Below are positions 39,515-52,019 of a stretch of 64,000 nt of DNA, in pieces. The DNA is from Squalus acanthias (Eukaryota). How positions within the stretch are numbered: the first letter of the stretch is position 1; each line of letters starts with the position of its first letter. Where the stretch lies: assembly GCA_030390025.1 (NCBI GenBank), contig CM059431.1, positions 138,014,001 to 138,078,000 on the forward strand, in the 5' to 3' direction. The position numbers and the translations under genes were made by a program. Below the pieces are notes generated by a model. That model saw only the letters and a program-made list of their open reading frames with translations, ran no database searches and was not told where the DNA came from.

Positions 39515-40172
39515 AACTACAGACAGATACATCAAGCAATTAGGAAAGCAAATGTTATGTTTGCCTTTATTACAAATGGATTGGAGTGTCGGATAAAGAA
39601 AAATTATTGTAAATATATAGGGCCTTGGTGAGACCACACCTGGAGTACTGTGTACAGTTTTTGTCTCCTTACCTGAGGAAGCATATACTTGCCTTAGAGG
39701 GAGTGGAACGGTGGCCTGCCAGACTTGTTCCTGGGATGGGAAGGAGGTGGGATTGTCCTATGAGGAGATATTGAGGAGACTATCCATATATTCCCTCGAG
39801 GTAAGCTCATTGAAACGTATACAATTCTTAAGAGGCTTGACAGGATAAAAATTTGGAGGATGTTTCCCCTGGCTAGGGAGTCTAGAAGTAGATGTCACTC
39901 TCTCAGAATAAGGGGTCAGTCATTTAGGTTCGAGATGAGGAGAAATGTCTTCTCTCAGAGGATTGTGAATCCTTGCAATTATCTACCCCAGAGGGCTGTG
40001 AATGCTCATTCGTTGAGTATATTTTCAGAACAGAGATGGATTTTTGGATACTCAGGGAACCAAATAATATGGGACTATTGTGAAAGGTGGACTTGAGGTA
40101 GAAGATGAGCCATGATGTTATTGAAGGGCCAAATGGCAGACTCCAGCTCCTATTTCTTATGTTCTTATGTTG
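39515..40172 (+). mobile_element. CR1 3' fragment nested in the old family B LINE
   Basis: ggtgagaccacacctggagtactg and MFPLARESRSR; tail tttcttatgttcttatg. Confidence 0.85.
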
Positions 40173-40174
40173 TT

Positions 40175-41120
40175 AACTAGGGTTCTGTTAAGAACCATTA
40201 TCTCTGTGGTCAGTTTGTTCCAGTGCTTCCTAATGTCACGTGGGGAGATCTCCATTGGCTTGACGCTGGGCTGAATGCTAATGGTAGCCACGTTTGCTCG
40301 TTAAAATTTCACTTTTGGCTGAATCTGCTTCGAACACTGAAGCTTTGTTTCCATCACCGGGGTGTCTTGGACCCGCCCCTGCCTGATAATCTCCTGTTGC
40401 CACTCCCATTAATAAATGGATGTGGCAGGCAGTGTACGCTTAGTTCTTATTATTTGGCCGCGGAACACATTAACTTGATCTGCAACACTCTGCTTTTGCC
40501 GTTTTTGGTTTCATTGTAGTTTCACTAAGTTAGTGCCTCATTCTCAGTTTCAATGCTCTTGTTCCTGTCACGTTATTTAATTGTCCTCAATTAAACCCAT
40601 AGTTGGAATTTTTACATTATAGTGCCGGTAGATTGTAGAATTGTGTAGGTCAGGCATCAGACATTGTCGAGGGATATAATTCTGCGAATTTCAAGGGCCC
40701 AGAACACCTTATGTACGCCCAGTATCTGGCTACTAGCTATTGCCTCACTGGTAGAACTGCACAATAGAGAGTGTTCTCATTGTGGAGTCCAGGCCTTGTC
40801 AATAGAAGGATTGTGTGGTGGTTACATCGATGAAAGCAATCGTCTGCAGACGTGTCTCTGACTGGTGCATAATTGAAGATGTGATCAAGTAGGTCACGAC
40901 AACCTGCCAGCACTCTCACAACTCATGCAGTAGTCTGGGAGATTGCATTTGTAAATATAATCTGTATCAGGCTGATGCTTGAGTAATCTGTGGGGGAGCT
41001 CTTCCAAATTAGCACTAGCCCCGAGATGGTAGTCAGGAAGAATTTTCTGGTTGGGCTGGTCTGGAATTGCCTGAGTCTTGTCCTGAGTTGATGCTGCAGT
41101 GCTATTGATTGGTCCATATT
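40175..41120 (-). mobile_element. Highly degraded LINE family B (5' part)
   Basis: Scattered similarity to the reverse complement of the 47600-48800 region (e.g. ctgtgggggagctcttccaaatt). Confidence 0.45.
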
Positions 41121-41269
41121 ATAGTTCCCTTATTTATTGTTTCACTCACGTGCTCTGAATACCACTTTGTTTGTCAGCACAACTGCAGGTCCTTTTTCAG
41201 TGAATATACTTTCCCAAGGCCCGTGTTGTCTTTGGCAGGGATGATGCCAGCTGGCAATGGAAAGTGAGA

Positions 41270-44200
41270 ACGAAGGAGAGACAGCTTTATTAGTAATTTT
41301 GGGAGATTTACAGTCACGTCCATTGTTTGTTCCCATTTTTAAACAACATGTTTTTATATCAGATACAATGAAATGTGTCAATCTGGTTTCATGGTTGTTG
41401 CGATTGATTCTGTCGAGCAGGATCATCTCTTTGACTGAATATTGGCAAATCGCCCCGGCCTGCTGCACGCCCACAGTGCAGAGTTGCAAATAAACAAAAT
41501 AATCCTGTCTTTTTTCTCTCTGCAAGTATCTCTGGTGGAGTTTAATGAACTTTATTTCCAGGGTTTGGATTCCATAGATGTGCAGACTGTTTGAGTAAAT
41601 ATAGCATGGGGCACAACACATTGTCCTTTTAGCTCAGTTTTAGATAATTTGCGGCCCTTTGATGTGTGTCTGACTCAGGGCGCACCAGGCTCTATGAAGT
41701 CTGGGCAGGATTGGATGGAAGTAGGTTTTCTGCAATCTGAGGAGTGTTCAAAGGTTGACTGTTCTTTTTGCAGAAGACTAATAATTGTTGCCGCCTGCTG
41801 AAGACTTGATCGTGATGTAAAGGCTGGGTCCAGGTCACATCTCGCTTAGAATTTATACCCAGGAACTTCTGCTCTTTGCTGGCCTTGATTTGTTGTGACT
41901 GCCATCATGTCCTCACCTGCTGTGCTGTGCGACTGTTTCGTTTGGACTATCTCTAGTTTCCTCACTAAATCGCTGTGTTGGGACACAATCTTTAATAACT
42001 GTAAGGGGTATCTTAAGTGAGCGGTTCCAATCGACCAACACCCCTCCGGTTCCTAGACTTTGGGCTTATTTAGGGGTTGTGAACAAAATTGCAGTAAACA
42101 GGTTCTGATGAAATAAATTTACTTTATTAAAAGAAAAAGGTAACAAACTTGAAAACACACTTATTACTTAAACACAGATTCGAGGAACACACGGTACAAG
42201 CGAGGGAAATGACAATATATCAAACAAAACCTTATCCCTCTCAAATATCCCACTATCTGGCTAGGTTTTTGGTTTCAGGAGATCAGGGATAATGCTCACC
42301 AACGAGTCCTTGACAGGATATTAGAGTCTTTTTGTTTAAAAGGCCCTTATGGTTTCTTCTTGCATGCTGGTTTTCTTCCTCGTGGCTTGTGGTAAGTTTT
42401 GCTGGAGCAAGGAGAGAGCTGTGTTCGCGTCGCCAGTCAGTCCAAAGAGAGAGAGATTATGGCACAGGCTTTCAAATTATACTGTATCTTTTTTCGCGCT
42501 CAAAACCCCTTACTAAAACGAATTCCTTTTTGAATGTAAATGACACTTTGTCTCGTTTTTGGCGGGCTGGCCAACTCCGATGGTTTTTTGCTTAGTGTTA
42601 ATCGCTTTCCGATTTAAACACGGCCTTATCTACGCGCCAAATCTTCACTCTATTGTCCTTCTGTTTGGCGGGCTTTTAAATCGGTTCTCTGGATACCTGA
42701 TTGATTGGTTTTTTGGATGGGATAATGTCTATGAAACTGTGTGATCGAAATTATATTGTCATTGAATCGTTTTTAGATTACCAGCATCTTGTTTGCCCCT
42801 GGGTATCCATATTTGAATGTGTTTGTGAGTTTTTTTTGGTTTTGTCGACAGTTTTCTGCACTGCCTGGCCACGCCCCTCTGTAGCCTGTGTGTCTGTGAA
42901 GGCGTCTTTCCCCAGTAAGATTCGAAAAGTCAGTTTCCTCAAGGTTTCCTTCTTGTGGTCTTTAGGTTTTTACATCAAATCACTTCACTGAGGTCCCATC
43001 ATCCCAAGTTTGTATGAAAAGTCCAAAACTCACTCCCTTTAGGGCTCTGTTCGAGTTTCTGGGGGATTTTGCGAAGCCTACATAACGTCAAAAAACATTT
43101 CAGCTAATGTTGCCTCTACAACCAATGTTTCGCCAATAAATGTCAGGAAACTAAAATTGCCCATAATACAGACATTTCCCAATCCAATGGCCTTTCCAGG
43201 ACTCATGGCTCTCGCAGGTCATTGGCTGCATTCGAGATAATAAAAGCCTGATTATGATTTAATTCTATATGTTCACATATCTATTTGAGCGGATGATCTC
43301 GCAAGCTGTACAGGAGTGACGCCCTCCTCCTGAGGGAGGGGACAGTTGAAGCGTTGATTTCCTTCTGGTAACATTAGGCGAGTCCGGAGTCTCTCCACTG
43401 GTCCACCTCAAATTACCCCAGTTTGCTAACAGTTGCCAAGTGGTTAAGCTGTTGCGCATCTGATCCTTTGTGCGGTGCACGCACGGATTCCTGTCCCGGA
43501 TTCACCTGTGGTTCTGCGATGGCTGTGAAGCTTGCTGCATTTTATCCCGTTGGGCAAATCCCGCCTTGGGCTAGCCCAGTGCCAGTCTACTGGACAACCT
43601 CCCCATAGTCTCATCCAGTGTATTTAATAATTTGTGTTCGAAGTGCCTCGTCACAAAGGGCTCCTTCTCCTGGGGGACTGTACCAGGTGTGAGGGATTAA
43701 TTTGTGACTGTGACCTTGAACTGACTAGATCCAAATAGTTTCGTCTGTACCCGATGTTCTAAAGTCGGCGCTTTCTTGAGTAGTTAGTTTCCTTTTCAAG
43801 TATAGCAACACCTTTTCTTTCTTCACCTCCCCTATCCCTCCGAGAAAAAAATAACCTTTAAGGAGTGGATTTGGGTTTACTTCGACAACACTGATACTGA
43901 AGAACCTACATTATTTATGAATAGGAGCAGGTGTTCACTTATATAACCTAAGGATTCTACCACAAATTGTTTAGCTTGAAGATCTGTTTAGTTTTATATA
44001 GCTGGTCGGCCTTACAAACAAAGACCACGTCCCACTGCTCCATTGTATCGACTGCATCCGCCTGTACCACGTGGCTCATGTAGGACTATTTCAGCCTCGA
44101 GGTGCTTCAAAAGGTTTTTTGTCGTTACAGTTCTCACACTGACGACTATGAGATAGAAGCTTTTCCTTACTTGCTGCATTTTTGTTTTATTGTTGTGGTT

Positions 44201-44790
44201 CTAACATATTCAAATTGTTTGATAATATTACTTTTATTGTTTTGTTCCTCGGTGTGTTCTACAGCGCTAATGATATCCTTTCCCCTCCATCTTCAATGTA
44301 GTCTATCCCAGGTCAGCTGCAACAGCTTCTATATTCTCTGAACTCTGTGTATTGCACTTCTGCATTTTGTCAGGTAGAAACACAAATAGGGTGCAATCAA
44401 ACAAGTTTGTTAAATTAAAGGCAGCTAATACTCAACTAATCAGTGTTGAGTGTAAGAAACAGCTAAAGAAAACGAAAGCTCCTCTTAGATAATCTAATAG
44501 GCTTATGAAAAAGATGCCCATAGATAATTGTGGAAGTTAGGGGGAAGTGATGTAAAGAGTCTGTGAACTGTGAAAATCTTTATTGGCCAATAAACGATGG
44601 TCAAGGTCACCTTACAACGGACTCACTGGGTCTGGAGAAATAATAAATGATCACTTTGCAGCGGTCCTCACACTTGAAGACGATGCTCGACTATTAGAAT
44701 TGAATGATTTTAATAATAAAACTAGTAATAAAATAAATGAACATTTGGCTTTATACAGATTTAATCATTTGAAAGTTGACACGGCAGCCT
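41270..44790 (+). repeat. Local segmental duplication, copy B (paralog of 33731-37425)
   Basis: Collinear with copy A; carries the LTR at 42000-43082 and lacks the CR1 at 34681-35946. Confidence 0.9.
42000..43082 (-). mobile_element. Solo LTR (Gypsy or ERV1-type, 4-bp TSD)
   Basis: TG...CA termini, TSD taac (41996-41999 and 43083-43086), empty site ttaataacgtc at 34441, minus-strand AATAAA near 42123, second copy at 48829. Confidence 0.88.
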
Positions 44791-46180
44791 GGCCGGATGA
44801 TATCCACCCGAGGGCCCTCAGGGAGATGGGGCACGTGCAGTGAGAGCCACATTTTTGTAACTCACTGCACTCTGTGATGGTTCCTGTAGACTGGAAGAGG
44901 GTAATGCAGTCCCAATCTTTAAAAAAAAGTGACAAGAGGGTCCCGGGTAACTGTAGCCCCATTAGTTTGTCATCAGTAACAGAAAATATGCTTGTGGGAA
45001 TCATTAGCAATGCAATAAATGATTGTTTGGATAGACATATTAGAAACGTCGTACATGGCTTCAAAAAAAGGTCATGTGTTACAAATCTGATTGGGAATAA
45101 TAGTAACTTTTCATTGTCTTCTTAGACTTCCAAAAAGCTGTTGATAATGTAACGTACAAGTGGCTTCTCTACAATATCGATGCCGCTGGTTCTGGTGGTA
45201 AATGTTGAGCTGGATTGCGAAGTGCCTGGAAGGACGAAATGAAAAAAATAGTTATAGATGGATTTTAATCTGTTTGGAGCACGGACACCAGCGGCGTCCC
45301 GTAGGGATCGGTGTTGGGACCGTTTTTATGAATTATTCTTTTTAATGATCTAGTTGTAGGCGTTGGGGGCACGTTCTGCAGATCTGAAGAAGATTCTGAC
45401 ATCTTTGCGAGTGTTTGGTCTGTAGACGTTGCTCGACTGCTTTAGGCGGATCTTAATGTGTTGGGACATTAGGCTCGTGATCGGCAAATGAAAAATAATT
45501 TGGAAAAGTGCTGATCCATGTAAAGGGGCAGAGGGATGCTCAACATTCAGATACCATTCAGGGAAAAGCATTAATGAAGATGGAGAAAGGAAGATCCTGG
45601 CATTCTAGTGCATACATCTCTAAAGGTACACGAGCAATACCGTGAATCGATAGCTAGAGAGAATAGGGTGTTGGGGTGCATTCATTGAACAATTGATTAC
45701 AAGACACGACATACTATTTGTCCTTGTACAAGACCTTGGTAAAGGCTTCACTTTGAATACTGTGTCCAGTTTGGCCTCCTCACATTTTGGTTAATAATGA
45801 GGCATTGGAAAGTGTGTAGAAGAGGGTCACTAGCCTAATTCCCAGAATAAAGTTATCAAGTTAGGCTAAAAGAGCTCGGACTCTACAGTTTCGAAAAGCG
45901 TAGATTTAGGGGTGATTTGATTGCGGTTTATAAAAGATGAAGCGAATAGTTTGTGTTCTAGCTTCCAATTTGTTCCAATTAAATAGATTAGAAAGGACCA
46001 GGGGATCACAACTGTAAGAATGATAAGGTCAGATCTAATTTAGATGTCAGTGAATAGTTTACCTCTGGAACAGGCCGCCGTCTCATGGGGTGCAGAGTGT
46101 ATATATTGTGATACACAATGTATTACAATTGCGTGAGACAGGCTGGATGGACAAAAGGGTCTTTACCTGTCCGTATCTTG
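43800..46180 (+). mobile_element. Very old CR1-like LINE (decayed EN, RT and 3' end)
   Basis: EIINDHFAAVLTLED, AAWPDDIHPRALRE and PGNCSPISLSSV; ends gacaggctggatggacaaaagggtctttacctgtcc; 5' boundary uncertain. Confidence 0.75.
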
Positions 46181-46442
46181 GTAAAGATCTCAGCGGAAGA
46201 AACAGCGGCTACAAACAATTAGTGACTGAACAAAGCTGCAATTAAAACAAAGTTTTCTAGGCTTTTCTTGGCGCAGTTACCGCTATGAAATAATTATCGG
46301 ATTTAAGACCAGTTTGCTCCATAGAGCAGGCAGATTCCCTTCACATCTAACGATCTTATCACCATGTTGCTCACAACAGTGCGCCTAGTTTCTATTCACC
46401 TGTACAGGCGCCAGTGTACATTATGCGGGAACGGTAGCATAG

Positions 46443-46753
46443 TCACAATCACAGAATCCCCACAGTGCAGATAGAGGCCATCTCGGCCCATCGAGCCTGC
46501 CACCGACACATATCTCACCCTATCCCCATAACCCCCACGTATTTAATCCCCCAAACACAAAGGGTCAATTTATCATAGCCAAATCAACCTAACCCGCATA
46601 TCTTTAGACTGTGGGAGGAAACCGGAGCTAAACCCACGCAGACACGGGGAGAATGTGCAAACTCCACACAGACAGTCACCCAGAGGCTGGATTCGAACCC
46701 GGGTCGCTGGTGCTATGAGGCAACAGTGCTAACCACTATGCTACCGCGCTGCC
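46443..46753 (-). mobile_element. HE1-type V-SINE (tRNA head, V domain, CR1-derived tail)
   Basis: Reverse complement ggcagcgcggtagcatagtggttagcactgttgcctca..ccgggttcgaatcc; gtgtggagtttgcacattctccccgtgtctgcgtgggtt; TSD atag. Confidence 0.9.
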
Positions 46754-46924
46754 ATAGCAGTTATGTTACTGGACTAATAATCCAGAGGTCTGGACTAGTG
46801 ATCTCAGCGTATGTGGATTCAAATACCACTAATGCATACATTTAAATTCAGTTGATGAAACAAATCTGGAATAAAATGCTAGTATCAATAATGGTGAGCA
46901 TTAAATATCGGATTGTTGTAAAAA

Positions 46925-47425
46925 AATTGAGGAACACCTCCGTTCAGTCCGTAAGGGTGACCCCTGAGCTTTCTAACCTCTCTGTTCTCGGTCTCTTACA
47001 CTGTTCCAATGAAGCTCAACGTAAGCTCGAGGAACAGCAGCTCATCTTTCGATTAGACACTTTACACCCTTCTGGACACAACATCGAGTTCAACAATTTC
47101 AAACTATAACCCCTGTTCCCATTTTTCGTGCTGTATGATTTTGCCACCCCCTTTGCAACATTTTATATTTCCTGCCTCTTACTTAGCACAGTATATTCCT
47201 TCAATTCCTTCCTCCCCTCTCACACACCTCCCCTCTCCCTGTCTAGGCACCTGCTTAATATCTCCAGCTGTTACATCTCCAGCTTTTTCCAGTTCTGATG
47301 AAGGGTCCCAGACCTGAAACGTTAACTCTGTTTCTCTCTCCACGGATGCTTCCTGGCCTGCTGAGTATTTCCAGCATTTTCTGTTGTTATTTCAGATTTG
47401 CAGCATCCGCAGTATTTTGCTATTG
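46925..47425 (+). mobile_element. Penelope-like element 3' fragment (GIY-YIG C-terminus and UTR)
   Basis: EEHLRSVR..LSVLGLLHCSNEAQRKLEEQQLIFRLDTLHPSGHNIEF; 11-bp TSD tgttgtaaaaa (46914-46924 and 47426-47436). Confidence 0.88.
47291..47327 (+). ncRNA. Minimal type I hammerhead ribozyme
   Basis: Stem I agtt/aact, core CUGAUGA, stem II gggtc/gacct, GAAA, palindromic ACGU stem III, GUU cleavage triplet. Confidence 0.7.
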
Positions 47426-48828
47426 TGTTGTAAAAACCCATCTCGTTCACTGATGTCCTTTAGGAAATGTGCTATGCTTACCTGCTCTGGCCTGTATGTG
47501 ACTCCAGGCCCAAAACAATGGTAAGCAACTCAGTTGCAGCAGCTCGCTACAAGAAAATATATGAAGAATATAAATGGACGGTCCATTCGGCATCGGCTAC
47601 GGACACGACAACGGCACACCCAGCCCAGTCAAACTTGCAAAATGCTCCTCCCCAACATCTTGGGACTTTGACACAATTGGTGGAGCTGTCCCACAGACTA
47701 TTCAAGTAACAGCCTGACATAGTCATAGTTGCAGAATCATACCTTTCAGCCAATCTCCCAAAATCCTCCATCAGCATCCCTGGGTATGTCCTGTCCCACC
47801 GGCAGGACAGACCCACTAGGGTTGGTGGCACAGTGGTAAAAATTCGGGAAGGAGTGGCCCTGGGAGTCTTCAACATTGATTCCGTACCCCATGAATTCTC
47901 ATGTCCTCAGGTTAAGCATGGGCAACGAAACCTGCTGCTGATTTCGAACTACCGCCCTCCATAAGCTGATGAAACATGTTAAACACCACTTGGAAGAAGC
48001 ACTGAGAGTAGCAAGGGCACAGAATGTATTCTGGGTAGGGGACTTCATGTCAAGCATCAAGAGTGGCTCGGTAGCACCACTACTGACTGAGCTGGCAGAG
48101 TCCTGAAGGACATACCTGCCAGTCTGGGCCTGCAACAGGTAGTGAGAGAACCAACACGATGGAAAAACCTACTTGAACTCGTCCTCACCAATCTACCTGG
48201 CGCAGATTCATCTATCCATGGCAGCATTGGTAGCAGTGACTACCGCACAGTCAATGTGGAGACGAAGTCCCGTCTTCACAATGAGGACACCCTCCATCGA
48301 GATGTGTGGCACTACCACCGTGCTAAATGGGATAGATTCACAACAGATCGAGCAGCGCAAAACTGGGCATCCATGAGGCGCTGTGGGCCATCAGCAGCAG
48401 CTGAATTGTATTCCACCACAATCAGTAACCTCATGGCCAGGCATATCCCTCACTCTGGCAACCCTGGTTCAAAAGGGAGTGTAGAAGGGCATGCCAGGAG
48501 CAGCACCAGGCGTACCTCAAAATGAGGTACCAACCTGGGGAAGCTGCAACACAGGACTGCATGCATGCTTAAAAGCGGAAGCAGCATGCTATACAAAGTG
48601 CTGAGCGATCCCACAATCAACTGATCAGATCAAAGCTCTGCAGTCCTGCCACATCAATCGTGAATAGTGGTGGACCATTAAACAACTAATGGGAGGAGGA
48701 GGCTCCATGAATATCCCCATCCTCAATGTTGGTGGAGCTCAGCACTTGAGTGCAAAAGACAAGGCTGAAGCGTTCGCAACCATCTTCAGTCAGAATTGCC
48801 GAGTGGATGATTCATATCGGCCTACTCC

Positions 48829-50022
48829 TGTAGGGGGTGGAAATGGGGTCAGCCTCTGCCTTCTGACTCAGTGAGCGGTTCGAATCGCTCCCACGCCCCT
48901 GGTTCCTAGACTTTGGACTCATTTAGGGGTTGTGAACAAAAAATGCAGTAGACAACAGGCTCTGATGAAAGAATTTTGATTTATTAAAAGAAAAGGGTAA
49001 CAAACTTAAAACACACTTAATACTTAAACACATGTTGGGGAAACACACGGCACAGGCGAGGGAGAATGACAATATACCAAACAAAAACCTGATCCCACTA
49101 TCTAGCTAGGTTTTTGGTTTCAGGATATCAGGGATAATGCTTACCAACGAATCCTTGACAGGATTTTAGAGTCTTTTGATTAAAAGATTTCGTAAGGCCC
49201 TAGTTGCTGCAAGGTGTCCGATGGTCACTGAGGCAGTCGCTCTGGTTTCTTCTTGTGTGATGTTCCGTTTGTGGAGTTGTTGGCGTTCCTTCCTCCTCCT
49301 CCTCGTGGCTTGTGGTGTCTTTTGCTGGAGCAGGGCTGAGCGAGAGAGAGAGAGAGCGAGAGCTGTTCCAGCTTTGTCAGCGAGTCCAAAAGAGAGCGAG
49401 CCCTGGGACAGGCTCAAATATATTTTCCTTTTCGCGCCCAAAACCCCTTACTAAAACGCGCCCAAAACCCCTTTAGGTTTCAAATGAGCCCTGTTTAGTC
49501 CATTGACTAGTTTTGGCGGGCTTGCCAGTTCCGATGGCTTTAACTTGGTGTTAAACATGTCCTGATCGTTTACCGATTTAGGCAAGGACTTACCTACGCG
49601 CCAAATCTCATCCCTATTGTCCTAGGTCTATTGGCGGGCTTTAAATCTGTCCTGTGGATACCTGGTTGATTGGTTCTTGATGAAGTAAATCGGATTGCTT
49701 AATGTTTATTGATTTCAAAAGAGGTCTTGGATTATTCATATTTTGACGTGTGTTTGAGGCCTTTGGGTTGTGTCTCTTCCTCCTTGATAGGAAGGCAGTG
49801 TAAACACATTCCCAGACAGCTTAATACACTGCCTGGCCACGCCCTTCTGCAGCCTGTCGGTGTCTGTGACAAGGTGTCTTGCCCAACAGTAAGATTCAAA
49901 AAGTCATTTTCCTCAGGGTTTTCTTCCCTGATCTTTAAAAATGTCCAAAACTGAGGGTTTTACCTCAAATCACTTCACTTAGGGTTCTGTTCGAGTTTCT
50001 GGGGGATTTTGCGAAGCCTACA
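48829..50022 (-). mobile_element. Solo LTR, same family as 42000-43082
   Basis: tgtagg...cctaca termini; TSD ctcc (48825-48828 and 50023-50026); host LINE resumes across it (compare 12135-12150). Confidence 0.9.
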
Positions 50023-52019
50023 CTCCTGAGGACGCCACCATCACAGAAGCCAGTCTTCAGCCAATTCGATTCACTCCAAGTGATATCAAGAAACGGCTGA
50101 GCGCACTGGATACAGCAAAGAGTTTGGGCCCCGAAAACAACCTGGCTGTTGTGCTGAAGACTTGATCTCCAGAATTAGCCGCGCCTCTAGCCAAGCTGTA
50201 CCAGTACAACTACTGGCATCTATCAGACACAATGTGGACAACTGCCCAGGTATGTCCTGTCCACAAAAAGCAGGTAAAATCCAATCCGACCAATTAACGC
50301 CCAATCAGTCTACGCACAATCATCAGCAAAGTGATGGAAGGAGTCATCGACAGTGCGATCAAGCGGCACTTATTCACTAATAACCTGCTCACTGATGCTT
50401 ACTTTGGGTTCCGCCAGGACCACTCCGCTCCAGACCTCATTACAGCCTTGGGCTATACATGGACAAAGTAGCTGAATTCCAGAGTTGAGGTGAGAGTTAC
50501 TGCCCATTGATATCAAGGCAGCTTTTGACCGAGTGTGGCATCAATGAACCCTAGTAAAACTGAAGTCAATGGGAATCGGGGGGGGGGGGGCAGGTTAACG
50601 CTCCACTGGCTGCACAAATGAAGATGGTTATATTGGTTGGAGGTCAATCATTACAGCCCCACGACATCCCTGCAGGAGTTCCTCAGGGCAGTGTCCTAGG
50701 ACCAACCATCTTCAGCTGCTTCATCAATGACCACCAACATAAGGTCGACTGCACAAGTCCTCAGATAATGAAACAGTCCATGCCCGCATGCAACAAGACC
50801 TGGACGAAGTTCAGACTTGGGCTGCTAAGTGGAAGGTAATATTCGCGACAAAGAAGTGCCAGGCAATGACTATCTGCAACAAGCGAGAGTCTAACCACCG
50901 CCCTTTGGCATTCAACAGCATTACCATCGCCGAATCCCACACGATCAACATCCTGGGGGTCACCATTGACCAGAAACTTAAATGGACCAGCCACATAATT
51001 ACCGTGGCAACAAGAGCAGGTCAGAGGCTGGGTATTCTGCGGCGAGAGTCACACCTCCTGACTCCCCAAATCCTTTCCACCATCTACAAGGTACAAGTAA
51101 GGAGTATGATGTCATACTCTCCACTAGCCTGGATGAGTGCAGCTCCAACAATACTCAAGAAGCTCGACACCATATAATACAAAGCAGCCCGCTTGATTGG
51201 CACCCCATCCACCAACTTAAACATTCACTCCCTCCACCACCGCCGTCCCGTGGCTGCAGTGTGTACCATCTACAAGATGCACTGCAGTAACTTGCCAAGG
51301 CTTCTTCGGCAGCACCTCCCAAATCCGCGCTCTCTACTACCTAGAAAGATAACGATATCAGGCACATGGGAACACCACCACCTCCAATTTTCCCTCTACG
51401 TCGCACACCATCCTGACTTGGAAGTATATCGCCGTTCCTTCATCGTCATCGTCGCTGGGTCAAAATCCTTTAACTCCCTACCTAACAGCATTGTGTGAGT
51501 ACCATCACCATACGAACAGCAGCGGCTCAAGAAGGCGGCTCACCACCACCTTCTCAAGTGCAATTAGGGATGAGCAATAAATGCTGGCCTTCCCAGCGAC
51601 GCCCACATCCCATGAACAAATAAACAAAAATAAAAAAATCTAGTGATATTTTGTCATCAGGGAACTTTCGAATGCAATGTGTCGTTAAATTCTATAACTA
51701 TTCCAGAATGTAATCAAACCCGGACAATATTGTTGTCCGTGCAGCTCAACGTAATGATAAGAGAATCTGAGTAAAATAAGTCATCAGTGCTACACACAAT
51801 CTTTGTAACAATCTGCAGAAGCTTCACAATTCTGAATATTCAGCAACATCTCAATTTCATCTCGAATATCTGAAATTAACTTTGCAGTTGTTACTTGCAT
51901 TATCAATCAATCGTAGTTAGATGAATCTCGGTCATGTATTGGTCTAATTCAGCAAAATATGTTACTATGTATGGATTATAAAACGAGTGAACTGCTTAAT
52001 TTGAATTTCGATGATTAGC

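Larger units (their letters stand above)
46424..51637 (+). mobile_element. Apparently full-length LINE family B: tRNA-like head, single decayed APE-RT ORF, poly(A) tail; host to three nested insertions
   Basis: A-box ggtagcatag/cagtta, B-box-like ggattcaaatacc; APE from about 47650 (ELSHRL..QPDIVI.ESYL, VGDF, SDY); RT DIKAAFDRVWH and [19 protein letters not shown]; empty site at about 59845. Confidence 0.85.

Noticed and set aside
46680..46753. tRNA gene
   Set aside because: tRNA-derived head of an HE1-type SINE, continuous with its V domain and tail; the same applies to the heads at 46424-46830 and 36050-36130
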